Of a stretch of 64,000 nucleotides of DNA, positions 1-9,770 are shown piece by piece. Under the pieces are notes generated by a model that was not told where the DNA came from, made no database searches, and saw nothing but the letters and a program-made list of their open reading frames with translations. The DNA is from Novakomyces olei (Eukaryota): the NCBI GenBank assembly GCA_016906335.1, contig JADEYG010000001.1:1054001-1118000 (forward strand), written 5' to 3'. Each line of letters starts with the position of its first letter. The stretch's first letter is position 1. Both the position numbers and the translations under genes were made by a program.

Positions 1-135
1 AAGGAAGGACACAAAGTTTACGAATGCCCTTTGAAGGTTCCAGCGAAGCCGCGCACTAACCGGGCGAACGCTGCGAACATTGCAAAGGTGGAATTCGGTG
101 AAGAGGGAAACGATCAGACTCAGGCGAATTATTGA
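1..135 (+). CDS. gag: Gag C-terminus of element A (partial), end of CCHC knuckle
   Basis: Frame 1 reads KEGHKVYECP...QANY*; G GGA AAC slippery heptamer at 105-111; pol lies in the -1 frame. Confidence 0.8.
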   Translation, partial: KEGHKVYECPLKVPAKPRTNRANAANIAKVEFGEEGNDQTQANY

Positions 136-950
136 CGCCCTGTCTGAGTCAAGCGCCGAAGGGCCAAAGCTTGCTGGGAACTCATTTATCGTGTACTGTT
201 TATTCGCTGCCGGCATATTCTTCTCATCTTACAGTGGAAGTGTATATTCAAACCGGTGTTGGTGTTCGGAAGGTAGTGGCCATGATCGACTCTGGCGCTA
301 CATCAAATTTTATGGATAAGGACTTTGTGCAGAAGTTCAAAGTGCCTACGGAAAGGAAGAAGGTACCGTTACCTGTTTGCGTGTTCGACGGAAGCAAGGC
401 TTCGTCAGGCGACATCGCGGAACACACAACGGCCCTTAGAATGTCTATTGGAAGAAAAGAGAAGCATGTGGAAGAAATCTCTTTTAATATTATGACGATT
501 GCGAGTTATGAGATGGTCTTGGGAAGGCCTTGGTTAAACTTACATAACCCAGAAATTGATTGGAAGTATTCTTTGTTGAAGTTTACTTCGGAACATTGTG
601 TTGAAACCTGCCGATTGAGGGAACTTCCGATGGTTCATTGTATTTCGAGCGCGGAGATCTCGACAATGATTGGAAGGAATCCTGGAGGTTTAGTGTATGT
701 AAACTCTGTTGAAGACACTGCGAAGGACGATCGAGGGATACCATCAAGTTCTAGTGTGGTACCGAAGATATACGATGGCTTTGCGGATCTGTTTGACAAG
801 AAACAAGCAGATAAGTTACCAGAGCACAAGCCATGGGATCATGCAATTCCACTTCACGCCGGAGCACAACCTCCGTACGGACCGATCTACGCTTTATCGG
901 AACCGGAGTTGGAAGCATTGAGAAATTATATTGAGGAGAATCTAGCAAAA
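132..950 (+). pseudogene. pol: Element A pol part 1: aspartic protease and RT N-terminal linker
   Basis: MIDSGATSNF, MVLGRPWL, LPEHKPWDH motifs; cut at 951 by a solo LTR. Confidence 0.92.
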
Positions 951-1581
951 TGTCATGATCCTCGCCTTGGCGAGTTCCTGACAACCGGGTTGGGAAGCGA
1001 GGGGCGACGCCTGTAGTCGGACTTGGGATGTCCGCGCGTCGCAAGCTTCGCCAACGCGGCCCAAGACCAGTCGGCGCGTAACGCGATGGTCTTGGGACGT
1101 AGAAGTTGTCTTAGTGCGCATGTAGGTACGCGCACTAAGCCAGCTTGGCCCACGGGAGCGAGGGGCTCCATGCACAATGTGCACGGACCTCGCTTCCCGT
1201 TCTCATTCTCGCACGCTAGCGAGTGCGACCCTTCGCACTCCGCTAGCGCGAGAACATTCATAGTTATTTCATAGATTAGTTTAGGCTAAGAGCTTCCCTC
1301 TCTAACTTGTGCGACCTTCGCATAAGTTAGCTTGGGAAGAGTAGTTTAGAATGCGAAGGAGCATCCGCTCCTCCGCAACTTAGTTTAGTTTATAGTTGCC
1401 CGTGAAGGCCTCTCGCCCTTCACGGGTTGATTATCTCAAAGTGGGAGTAATATATTATATTACTCCTGGTAAGCCTTACAATAATCGCTTTCTGTTCCCT
1501 TGGTTTCTGTAATTCCTTTACTTCTATTTAGACTATACACGACCGGCCTCCAGCGGTTGTAGTTGTAAGGACCGTCTTACA
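951..1581. mobile_element. Solo LTR (family E), 631 bp
   Basis: TGTCATGA...CTTACA flanked by TSD CAAAA (946-950, 1582-1586); near-identical copy at 22613-23243. Confidence 0.93.
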
Positions 1582-3243
1582 CAAAAGGATTCATACAGAG
1601 ATCTTCGAGTCCCGCAGGAGCTCCTATCTTGTTCGTTAAAAAGAAGGATGGCTCATTGAGGTTATGCGTGGATTATAGAGGTTTGAATGCGATGACAGTT
1701 AAGAATCGTTACGCACTTCCGTTGATTTCGGAACTTGTCGATCGTGTTCGAAATTCGAAGATATTTACGAGATTGGATTTACGCGGAGCCTATAATTTGG
1801 TTCGTGTGAAGAAAGGAGATGAGTGGAAGACTGCGTTTAGGACGCGGTACGGACACTTCGAATATCAGGTGATGCCGTTCTGTTTGACCAACGCACCAGC
1901 CTCATTTCAGGCATTGGTGAACGATGTGTTGAGACCGTTCTTGGATCATTTTGTGGTTGTATATCTTGATGATATATTTATTTATTCAGAGTCAGAGGCG
2001 GAGCATGTTGAACAGGTACGGAAGGTACTTGGAAAGCTCCGTGAGGCTAGTTTATTCGTGAAAGGCGAAAAGTGCGAGTTTCACATGAAGGAAACGATAT
2101 TCCTAGGATTCGTGTTGAGCACAACGGGAGTTAAGATGAACAAGGAGAAGGTCAAAGCAGTGGAAGATTGGCCGACGCCAAAGAATCAGAAGGACGTTAT
2201 GGCATTTCTTGGGTTCGCGAACTTCTACCGGAGGTTCATAAAGGACTATAGCCAGATATCGGTGCCTTTAACACAGTTAATGAAGAAAGATGCGAAGTTC
2301 AGTTGGTCGAATGCGCAAGAGAAAGCATTTACGGAACTTAAGAATAAGTTCTTTGAAGCCCCTGTTCTTTCTTATTTTGACCCGGACAAGGAGTCGATCG
2401 TCGAGACCGACGCATCGGACTATGCGATTGGAGGAGTTATCAGTCAACGAGATTCCAGTGGAGCTTTGAGGCCGATTGCTTTTTACTCACGGAAGATGGC
2501 ACCCGCTGAGCTGAACTATCCTATCTCGGATAAAGAGATGCTTGCAATTATTGTATGTTTAAGGGAGTGGAGAGTTTATTTGGAAGGTCCAAGACACCGT
2601 ACAACAATCTTGACGGATCATAGGAACTTACAACACTTCCTTGGAACAAAGACTTTGAACCGAAGACAAGCACGGTGGTCTCAAATGCTTGCTTCATACG
2701 ACTTCGTTATCACTTATCGAAGCGGTACGCGAAACGGGAAGGCGGACGCGCTTTCACGGCGAGCGGACTATCAATCGGACGTGACAACGAGCAAGGAGCG
2801 AACCGAGCCACTTTTACGGAAGGATCAATTGCAGTTATATACATTGACTGCGGAACCGCTGATTATACGAGAGAAGCTTACGGAAGCTTACAAATCAGAC
2901 GAACATTGCAAGAAGTTATTGGGTGACTTGCGAAAAGAAGATTGTCCTCCACACTTGAAGAATTACAGTTTGGAAGAAGGACTTATATTATTGAACGGAC
3001 TTATTTACGTGCCTAATAAACGGAATTTGAGATTGGAGATATTAAGAAGCTGTCACGATACGCCTACAGCAGGACATGGAGGAGTTGCTAAAACGTTGGA
3101 ACTTGTTACGCGAGAATATTATTGGCCAAAGCTCGCGCGATATGTGAAGGATTACGTTAGAACTTGCGATACTTGCATGGCTACTAAACCGACGCGACAT
3201 CTACCGCACGGACTTCTATCGTCATTGCCAGTACCAGCGGCAC
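1582..3243 (+). pseudogene. pol: Element A pol part 2: reverse transcriptase, RNase H, integrase HHCC
   Basis: LCVDYR, YLDD, TDASD, HHCC (H-DTPTAGH...CDTC); MPFC instead of the usual MPFG suggests decay; cut by element B. Confidence 0.95.
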
Positions 3244-3632
3244 TGTTACGGGTCGGCCCGCAACTAGGTGACTCACGGCTTGAATTCAGCCGCGACGACG
3301 AGTAATCCCCTTGGGCGGCAGATAGCACGCTGCCTTTCGATAGGGGTTCCGGTAAGTGAAGACTAAGGGAACTACAGCTAGAAGCTAAGCCTATTCTCCT
3401 AAGACACCTGGAGACTTCAAGTTGTAGCTTATGATATTGCGTAGTGTAAAAAGTCTTCCGCGAAGCCTTTTATACACTACGACTTCTATGAAACTAAGTA
3501 ATAGCACAAGGTGGTGCTGTATAGCACTACCTAGTGCTATCGCTATGAAATACTATATAAAACTATATAGTCCTTATCCTTAAGTAATGCAGCATTCGCT
3601 GTCTTACTTAAGGCCATGTCACACTCGTGACA
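3244..3632 (-). repeat. 3' LTR of element B
   Basis: Direct repeat of 9382-9770; preceded on the minus strand by PPT GGGAGGGGGGTAA. Confidence 0.96.
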
Positions 3633-4736
3633 TTACCCCCCTCCCAGGGTGGGCTCTAATTTTTTGAGGCCTTCTCTACTGATTCTACCTAATCTATCTG
3701 CCCCTTTCACTCTGGCTCTTTTCCATCCCTGAGCCCCAATCGTGTGCTCCTCGTAGACATTTGCCAATGCCACGGAGTTGTCCGAATCCGCCGCCAGTGT
3801 CTCCAATTCCCACCTCCCTAGGCGTTCCACAGTGTTTTCCTGCCCAACTGGTATTACGCTGTAACCAGTGAGCGCACTGTTTTCCAAGGAGATCACTGCA
3901 TGGAGCCAACCGGGTCCCATGTAGCAGGCGAATCCCTTCTTCAGGTCACAAACATGTAGCCCCTGGAGCTCATGAATGCCCTGGTACAAAAACATATCCC
4001 CCACCTTGTGGTGGTACTGCGCGAAGTAGTCAAGGTTCGCAGCCGACGGTGGCCAGGCGAATACCAATTTCCTTCCCAGCACGCAAACCAACACGTGACC
4101 CAAGAACACGTTGTCCACGTGTATGTCCGTGATCGTCCCAGCCGGAGAGACCACCGTGCTCCAGTCCGTTTCGGGGCGGTTTTTGTAATTATTTGTAGCG
4201 GGTAGGGCCCTCGGGCTCAAGGTTAGTAAGCCCTGCGTCGAGGGCGGCACATTGTAAGCCGCGTACCATTCGATTTTCTCCGCGCCGTAAACGAACCCCG
4301 CCACGAACCGAGCCACCGAAATATCCGTGTATCTTGCTCGGTCGCGGATGTTAAAAAGTTGAAGGTCGTGTTGCGTAACGTCCTCCATGACGACCGGCCA
4401 CGTTGGCTCCCGCTCGAAACAGTCTTTCCAAGACTCTGTAACGGTCTCAAGCCATGTATGCTCCTTAGCCGCCGCGGCCCAAAGTATGTTCCTACCCGTC
4501 CGGTGGGTCGGCATGCGCGACGTTCGGAGGTCCCATTCCGACACAAGTTCAGCCAGTCTAAAGTCAACGTGGTGAACTTCTTTTAGGTGTCGGTGCAGCT
4601 CTTGTTTTCTGCCAAGACCTTTGTGACAGAGAGCGCAGATGTGCTCTCCAACATTCTTAGCGCCCCGCGATCGCTTTTGCGGGCGCTCACCCCCCTCCTC
4701 AAGGTCGGCTGTCAAGTCGATTTCTTGTCCCTCCAT
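3633..4736 (-). CDS. ORF3 of element B: basic NLS + C2H2 zinc finger + JmjC-domain 2OG/Fe(II) dioxygenase (~367 aa from the ATG at 4736)
   Basis: PQKRSR; CALC-x12-HLKEVH; GTITDIHVD...GRKLVFAWPPSAANL...GPGWLHAVISLENS matches the JmjC HxD/K/H pattern; TATAAA ~55 nt upstream. Confidence 0.85.
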   Translation of the reverse strand: MEGQEIDLTADLEEGGERPQKRSRGAKNVGEHICALCHKGLGRKQELHRHLKEVHHVDFRLAELVSEWDLRTSRMPTHRTGRNILWAAAAKEHTWLETVTESWKDCFEREPTWPVVMEDVTQHDLQLFNIRDRARYTDISVARFVAGFVYGAEKIEWYAAYNVPPSTQGLLTLSPRALPATNNYKNRPETDWSTVVSPAGTITDIHVDNVFLGHVLVCVLGRKLVFAWPPSAANLDYFAQYHHKVGDMFLYQGIHELQGLHVCDLKKGFACYMGPGWLHAVISLENSALTGYSVIPVGQENTVERLGRWELETLAADSDNSVALANVYEEHTIGAQGWKRARVKGADRLGRISREGLKKLEPTLGGG

Positions 4737-4790
4737 AATTTCAAAAATATGTGTGTAAAGTAGTGATATAGCACCGGGGGGTGCGACTGT

Positions 4791-4798
4791 ATTTATAG
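4791..4798 (-). promoter_or_regulatory. Putative TATA box for ORF3 internal promoter
   Basis: CTATAAAT on the minus strand ~55 nt before ATG 4736, in the pol-ORF3 spacer. Confidence 0.45.
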
Positions 4799-5083
4799 TT
4801 TTTCTGTGTGGGAATGTTCCAGAAAGCACCAGTGTGTGTGACTTGGCACTAGTGTGTGTGACTTAGCACTATATCGTGCTAACTCATACATTACATATAT
4901 TAACGATGCAAACACGCAGTTTTCCCCCCTTTTTTTTTTTTTTTTTTTTTTTTGCGAATATTCGGTATAATAAAACAGTTTGCATAGTAGTTGAATAACA
5001 TCTGCTCGCAATTTAGGACAGTATGGTTGAAATACCGCCGTCATTAAACAAAAATCAAATAAAATAATTCAGCATGAAACTTT

Positions 5084-8000
5084 TTAGCGTTTAAGATACT
5101 CTGCTAAAGCTTCGCTAGCGTTTCCTAAGTTCGCTACCGGTTCCCATGTGCGGTCATTTTCTGTATAACCCTTCCAATGAACCAAATAGCGCCTTGTCGA
5201 GCCCGATCCCTTGTGATCGCATATGTAGTCTACTTCGAATTCTTCCTCATCTTGGATAACGTCAGGTACGGTTGCACTGGACGCGTCTCGTGAAAAACGA
5301 TCTCCTTTGTGCGGTTCCAGCAGTGTTTCGTTAAACACGGGATGGATTCTAATGGTCGCGGGCAGTTTAACACGGTATGCGCTCGTGCCAATTTTTTCCA
5401 ATACGGGAAAGGGGCCAATTTTTGTATGGTCAAGTTTGTCTGACGGCCTTTTGGATTTAATGTGCTGTCTTCTAATCCAAACTAGGTCGCCTGGCTGGTA
5501 AGTAGCGGCGTCGCGTCGCTTAGCGTCGTAATAAAATTTTATTCGGTCTTGAGCCTTCTGTAACTCGGCGCGTAAAGTCATAAATCTTTCCTGGAGTTTC
5601 GCGGTAAACTCATTTGCGGCCGGTACATTGCTCGTGGCTTGAAACTCGTAAGAAAATCGTGGGTGATAACCAACGGCAATAAAAAATGGAGACATTTTAG
5701 TACTGGCACTTTGTGCATTATTGATAGCAAACTCAGCTAACGGCAATAATCGTGCCCAGTTGTTCTGATTATAATTAATGTAACACCTCAAGTATTGTTC
5801 GAGGGTCTGATTCGTTCTTTCGGTCTGCCCGTCGCTTTGCGGGTGATGACTCGTGGATTTGCATAGCTTTATTTGTAGATTTTCGGCTAGTGCAGTCCAG
5901 AACTTACTAACAAGACGAGTATCTCGGTCCGATACTATTTCTTCGGGGAGGCCGTGTAGTCGGAAAATGTGCTTAATAAATAAATATGCCACTTCTGTAG
6001 CAGAAATCTTTTCCTTGCACGGTATAAAGTGCGCCATTTTCGAGAAACGGTCCACTACAACAAGGATTGAATCGTAACCATCGGAAATAGGTAACTTAAC
6101 AATAAAATCGATTGATATTGACGACCAAGGCCTGTCCGGAATCTTCAGTGGCTGTAGCATGCCGGCTTTGATCCTTCGGGATACCTTATTTCGAATGCAT
6201 GTAGGGCAATTTTTGACATATTCCTTTACATCTTTTGTAATACCGTCCCATTTGTAGTTCCTGGTGATCAGTTCCAGAGTTCTGGCCTCGCCAAAATGTC
6301 CTGCCAGTGGGTGGTCGTGGAACGCCTCCAATATTCTCCTGCGTTCCTCTGGTTTAGCATAATTTCTCTCGTCAAGAAGCTGGGTCTCATCTGTTGCGAA
6401 GCATTTCAGCTGGCTTGACGATAGCAATGGCTGGAATTGTGCCTTACTGTGGCTGCCATCTTTAGTTAAAGCGTAATCTGGCCGTCGGCTGAGGGGATCT
6501 GCCCCTCCATTGTTGATGCCCGGCCTGTAAACGATGTCGAAGCTATATTCGGCCAGCGTTTCTTGCCAGCGAGCTTGTCGACGCGTCAGTACCTTTGCCG
6601 TCGTGAAAGTTTGAAGATTACGGTGGTCCGTGTAAACGATAATCTTCTTTGGGTGGCCTTGGAGGTAATGGCGCCAAGTCCTAAAGGCCCAAACAATTGC
6701 CAACAATTCCTTCTCATATATATCGTAGTTTATCTCGGCTGCTTCCATCTGCCGACTGATAAATGCAATTGGTTCTCTTCCGTTTTCATTTTCTTGTAGC
6801 AACACTGCTCCCAATGCGTAGTCGGAGGCATCAGTCTCCAATACACATTGTTTCTCCGGATCGTAATGTCGCAACATAATTTCTTTAGCAAATAGGTCTT
6901 TTAATGCTTTAAAAGCCTGCTCACTTTCGTCATTCCAACAAAAGGGTGTGTCCTTTTTTAATAGATTCGTGATCGGTTTCACCGTTTTCGCAAAGTTCGG
7001 TATGAAGCGCCGATAATAGTTGCAAAATCCCAAAAATACCTGTATGTCATGTACCGATTTTGGAGCTGGCCAAGTCGCAATAGGCTCTGTCTTGTCCCTG
7101 CTCATAGACACTCCAGTAACAGACAATACGTAACCCAAAAATGACACCTCTTGTTTATGGAATTCACATTTTTCGCCTTTAGCATATAATTTTCGATCGC
7201 GTAGCCTTCCCAAAACTTGGCGTACGTCATAAATGTGCTGCTCTTTAGTTTTTGAATAGACTAGAATATCATCTAGATAAACCAAAACTGTAATATCTAG
7301 TAAATCACGAAATGTGTCGTTCATGAAGTCCTGAAACGTGGCCGGGGCGTTTGTCAGCCCAAACGGCATTACTCGGTATTCAAAGTGACCAAAACGAGTG
7401 CGAAAAGCCGTCTTCCACTCGTCCCCCTTCTTTATACGAATAAGATTGTAGGCCCCGCGTAGATCAATCTTTGTAAACCACTTGGCTCCAGATAGTTTGT
7501 CCAAGAGCGAATCAATAAGTGGTAGTGGGTACCTATTCTTCACTGTTATCTTATTCAGCGCTCGGTAATCGACACACAAACGGAGACTGCCGTCCTTTTT
7601 CTTGACGAATAGGATTGGGGCTCCGGCTGGCGATGTAGAGCGCGCAATGAATCGTCTAGCAAGGTTTTCTTCAAGATATTTTCGCAATTCCTCCTGCTCA
7701 TCTCTAGATATAGCATACACTGGTCCGAATGGTATTTTAGAGTCTGCTTCTAGCTTGATCTCGTGGTCAAACGACCTATGAGGTGGGAGCTGATTTGCCT
7801 CTGCCTTGCCAAAAACGTCCTTGAAATCCTGGTATTCCTCTGGCAGTACTACCGCACCGGGTTGCTCTGACTCGGATTCCACTATAGTTGCGCAAACATA
7901 CTCCGTTTTAACGTCAGGCTCCTTGTTCTCGAATTCGACAGTAGACGTAGACCAATTGATTCGCGGATTATATTCTTTAAGCCACGAAATCCCCAAGATA

Positions 8001-8398
8001 ATGTCGTGTTCGCCAATTTCGGTAACCTTGAACTTTGTAGGAGTTTCTTTCCCTTGAATTACGCATTTTAGAGTCTCTGTCTGGCGTTGAATCGGTCCAG
8101 ACGATATGCATCTTCCGTCAACAACCTTAAGAACAATAGGCTGGCGTAGGCTTTCGGTTTTAATCTTGTGCCTCCACACCAAACGTGGATGAATGAAATT
8201 CGAAGATGCCCCCGAGTCAACTAGACCTTTCAAGGGCGTCGTTATGCCTTCGATCTCTACCTTTACTTCGCAATGCCCATAGTCCGCTCGTGCAAACGCA
8301 ATTCTATGCTCTTCTTCATTGATGGCATTTTCATTTCCGCCCAATTCTACCATCGTTTGAATTAGGCTCTTTCTTTTTTTTTTGCTTCTCGTGAGTTT
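5084..8398 (-). CDS. pol: Element B Pol (PR-RT-RH-IN-chromodomain), probably via -1 frameshift from gag
   Basis: LVDSGASSNF, YLDD, TDASD, HHCC, DDE core, GPF motif, chromodomain FEVDYI...YLVHWKGY...TWEP; frame open from 8398, first ATG at 8353. Confidence 0.96.
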   Translation of the reverse strand, partial: KLTRSKKKRKSLIQTMVELGGNENAINEEEHRIAFARADYGHCEVKVEIEGITTPLKGLVDSGASSNFIHPRLVWRHKIKTESLRQPIVLKVVDGRCISSGPIQRQTETLKCVIQGKETPTKFKVTEIGEHDIILGISWLKEYNPRINWSTSTVEFENKEPDVKTEYVCATIVESESEQPGAVVLPEEYQDFKDVFGKAEANQLPPHRSFDHEIKLEADSKIPFGPVYAISRDEQEELRKYLEENLARRFIARSTSPAGAPILFVKKKDGSLRLCVDYRALNKITVKNRYPLPLIDSLLDKLSGAKWFTKIDLRGAYNLIRIKKGDEWKTAFRTRFGHFEYRVMPFGLTNAPATFQDFMNDTFRDLLDITVLVYLDDILVYSKTKEQHIYDVRQVLGRLRDRKLYAKGEKCEFHKQEVSFLGYVLSVTGVSMSRDKTEPIATWPAPKSVHDIQVFLGFCNYYRRFIPNFAKTVKPITNLLKKDTPFCWNDESEQAFKALKDLFAKEIMLRHYDPEKQCVLETDASDYALGAVLLQENENGREPIAFISRQMEAAEINYDIYEKELLAIVWAFRTWRHYLQGHPKKIIVYTDHRNLQTFTTAKVLTRRQARWQETLAEYSFDIVYRPGINNGGADPLSRRPDYALTKDGSHSKAQFQPLLSSSQLKCFATDETQLLDERNYAKPEERRRILEAFHDHPLAGHFGEARTLELITRNYKWDGITKDVKEYVKNCPTCIRNKVSRRIKAGMLQPLKIPDRPWSSISIDFIVKLPISDGYDSILVVVDRFSKMAHFIPCKEKISATEVAYLFIKHIFRLHGLPEEIVSDRDTRLVSKFWTALAENLQIKLCKSTSHHPQSDGQTERTNQTLEQYLRCYINYNQNNWARLLPLAEFAINNAQSASTKMSPFFIAVGYHPRFSYEFQATSNVPAANEFTAKLQERFMTLRAELQKAQDRIKFYYDAKRRDAATYQPGDLVWIRRQHIKSKRPSDKLDHTKIGPFPVLEKIGTSAYRVKLPATIRIHPVFNETLLEPHKGDRFSRDASSATVPDVIQDEEEFEVDYICDHKGSGSTRRYLVHWKGYTENDRTWEPVANLGNASEALAEYLKR

Positions 8399-9285
8399 TC
8401 ATCTGCGTAGCCATACTCTCGGCCTTTGAAGTTGACAGTGTTGTCTCTGCATTGTCTTGCAAAGTGACCTGCCCTTCCGCAATTAAAACATTTCTTCTCA
8501 CCCGTAGACATCGACTTCCTTTCGGGTACTCTCTTCTCGCTCACAGTGTCAATTTCCATAGGCGTGTAATTGCTTGTACGTTCTGGGCGGCGTGGCTCCA
8601 ACCTGCCTCGAAAACGCGACTTATCTTTTTCACGCTCGTACACCCTCGTATCGATTCTGATGCAGTGATCTATCAATTCGCTCAGCTCCGTGGGCGGCTC
8701 TGAATGAGCGAGCTCGTCCTTCACCGAATCTTTCAGTCCCTCCATAAACTGGGACACCAACGCTTCGTTGTTCCAATCGAAATAGGCTCTAAGACGTTCA
8801 AAATCAGACGCATACTGAGCGACTGAACCCTTCTGACGTAGCCTTCTTATCTCCTTTTGCGCCGAAGCGCGCATGTCTCGGTCACCATACAGCTTCTCGA
8901 TGCTGTCACAGTACCGCTCAAAATCATCGAGCATTGCCGGGTCGTTCTTTGCAACAAAAGGCTTAAACCAACGAAAGGCAATGCCTCTCAGGAAAGAGGC
9001 GGCAAACATAACTCGCGCACGGTCCGTGGCGTATCGCTGCGGCTGCGCTGTTACCACCATTTTCACCTGAGTCAAATACTCATCCACTTTACTTCTCTCG
9101 CCCGTGAACAAGGGCGGACTAGCCATCTTCGGCTCCAAAACTTTCGTTCGTTCGCGCGGGTCCAACTCGTTCTGACCCCTACGCAACTTTTCTTTCAAAG
9201 ACTTGTTTTCCGCTTCCATTATCGCAAATCTCTCCTCTGTTGCTCGGTAAAAACGGTTCAACTCTGATACATCAACTTGTTCCAT
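8362..9285 (-). CDS. gag: Element B Gag with CCHC zinc knuckle
   Basis: Retrotransposon gag motifs (QKGSVAQYASDF, FMEGLKDSVK, PMEID) and CFNCGRAGHFARQC. Confidence 0.95.
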   Translation of the reverse strand: MEQVDVSELNRFYRATEERFAIMEAENKSLKEKLRRGQNELDPRERTKVLEPKMASPPLFTGERSKVDEYLTQVKMVVTAQPQRYATDRARVMFAASFLRGIAFRWFKPFVAKNDPAMLDDFERYCDSIEKLYGDRDMRASAQKEIRRLRQKGSVAQYASDFERLRAYFDWNNEALVSQFMEGLKDSVKDELAHSEPPTELSELIDHCIRIDTRVYEREKDKSRFRGRLEPRRPERTSNYTPMEIDTVSEKRVPERKSMSTGEKKCFNCGRAGHFARQCRDNTVNFKGREYGYADENSREAKKKERA

Positions 9286-9370
9286 CTTGTAAGCCTAGTT
9301 TGACTGACTAGCACTTCCTCTCGATTCGTTCTCTTCACCCACTCGATCCGAACCGGTATCGAATACGTGG

Positions 9371-9379
9371 ACGCAATAT
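9371..9379 (-). promoter_or_regulatory. Self-priming PBS of element B
   Basis: ATATTGCGT 2 nt inside the 5' LTR boundary, complementary to ACGCAATAT in the LTR (9580-9572), ~25 nt after TATAAAA. Confidence 0.75.
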
Positions 9380-9381
9380 AC

Positions 9382-9770
9382 TGTTACGGGTCGGCCCGCA
9401 ACTAGGTGACTCACGGCTTGAATTCAGCCGCGACGACGAGTAATCCCCTTGGGCGGCAGATAGCACGCTGCCTTTCGATAGGGGTTCCGGTAAGTGAAGA
9501 CTAAGGGAACTACAGCTAGAAGCTAAGCCTATTCTCCTAAGACACCTGGAGACTTCAAGTTGTAGCTTATGATATTGCGTAGTGTAAAAAGTCTTCCGCG
9601 AAGCCTTTTATACACTACGACTTCTATGAAACTAAGTAATAGCACAAGGTGGTGCTGTATAGCACTACCTAGTGCTATCGCTATGAAATACTATATAAAA
9701 CTATATAGTCCTTATCCTTAAGTAATGCAGCATTCGCTGTCTTACTTAAGGCCATGTCACACTCGTGACA
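9382..9770 (-). repeat. 5' LTR of element B
   Basis: Repeat of 3244-3632; TATAAAA on the minus strand at 9612-9606. Confidence 0.96.

Larger units (their letters stand above)
3244..9770 (-). mobile_element. Intact Ty3/Gypsy chromovirus 'element B' (6527 bp): LTR-gag-pol-ORF3(ZnF-JmjC)-LTR
   Basis: Two 389-bp LTRs identical by eye, TG...CA ends, TSD GGCAC (3239-3243, 9771-9775), uninterrupted gag and pol, PPT at 3633-3650. Confidence 0.97.

Noticed and set aside
751-1274. Several 80-100 aa ORFs repeated at 21146-21658 and 22565-22936
   Set aside because: Chance frames in the GC-rich part of LTR family E; the recurrence reflects LTR copies
3633-4736. ORF3 as an env-like gene
   Set aside because: No signal peptide or clear transmembrane anchor; it has NLS, C2H2 and JmjC motifs instead
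4737-4829. Extension of ORF3 to 398 aa
   Set aside because: Starts at a non-ATG codon and spans the putative TATA box; ATG 4736 is preferred
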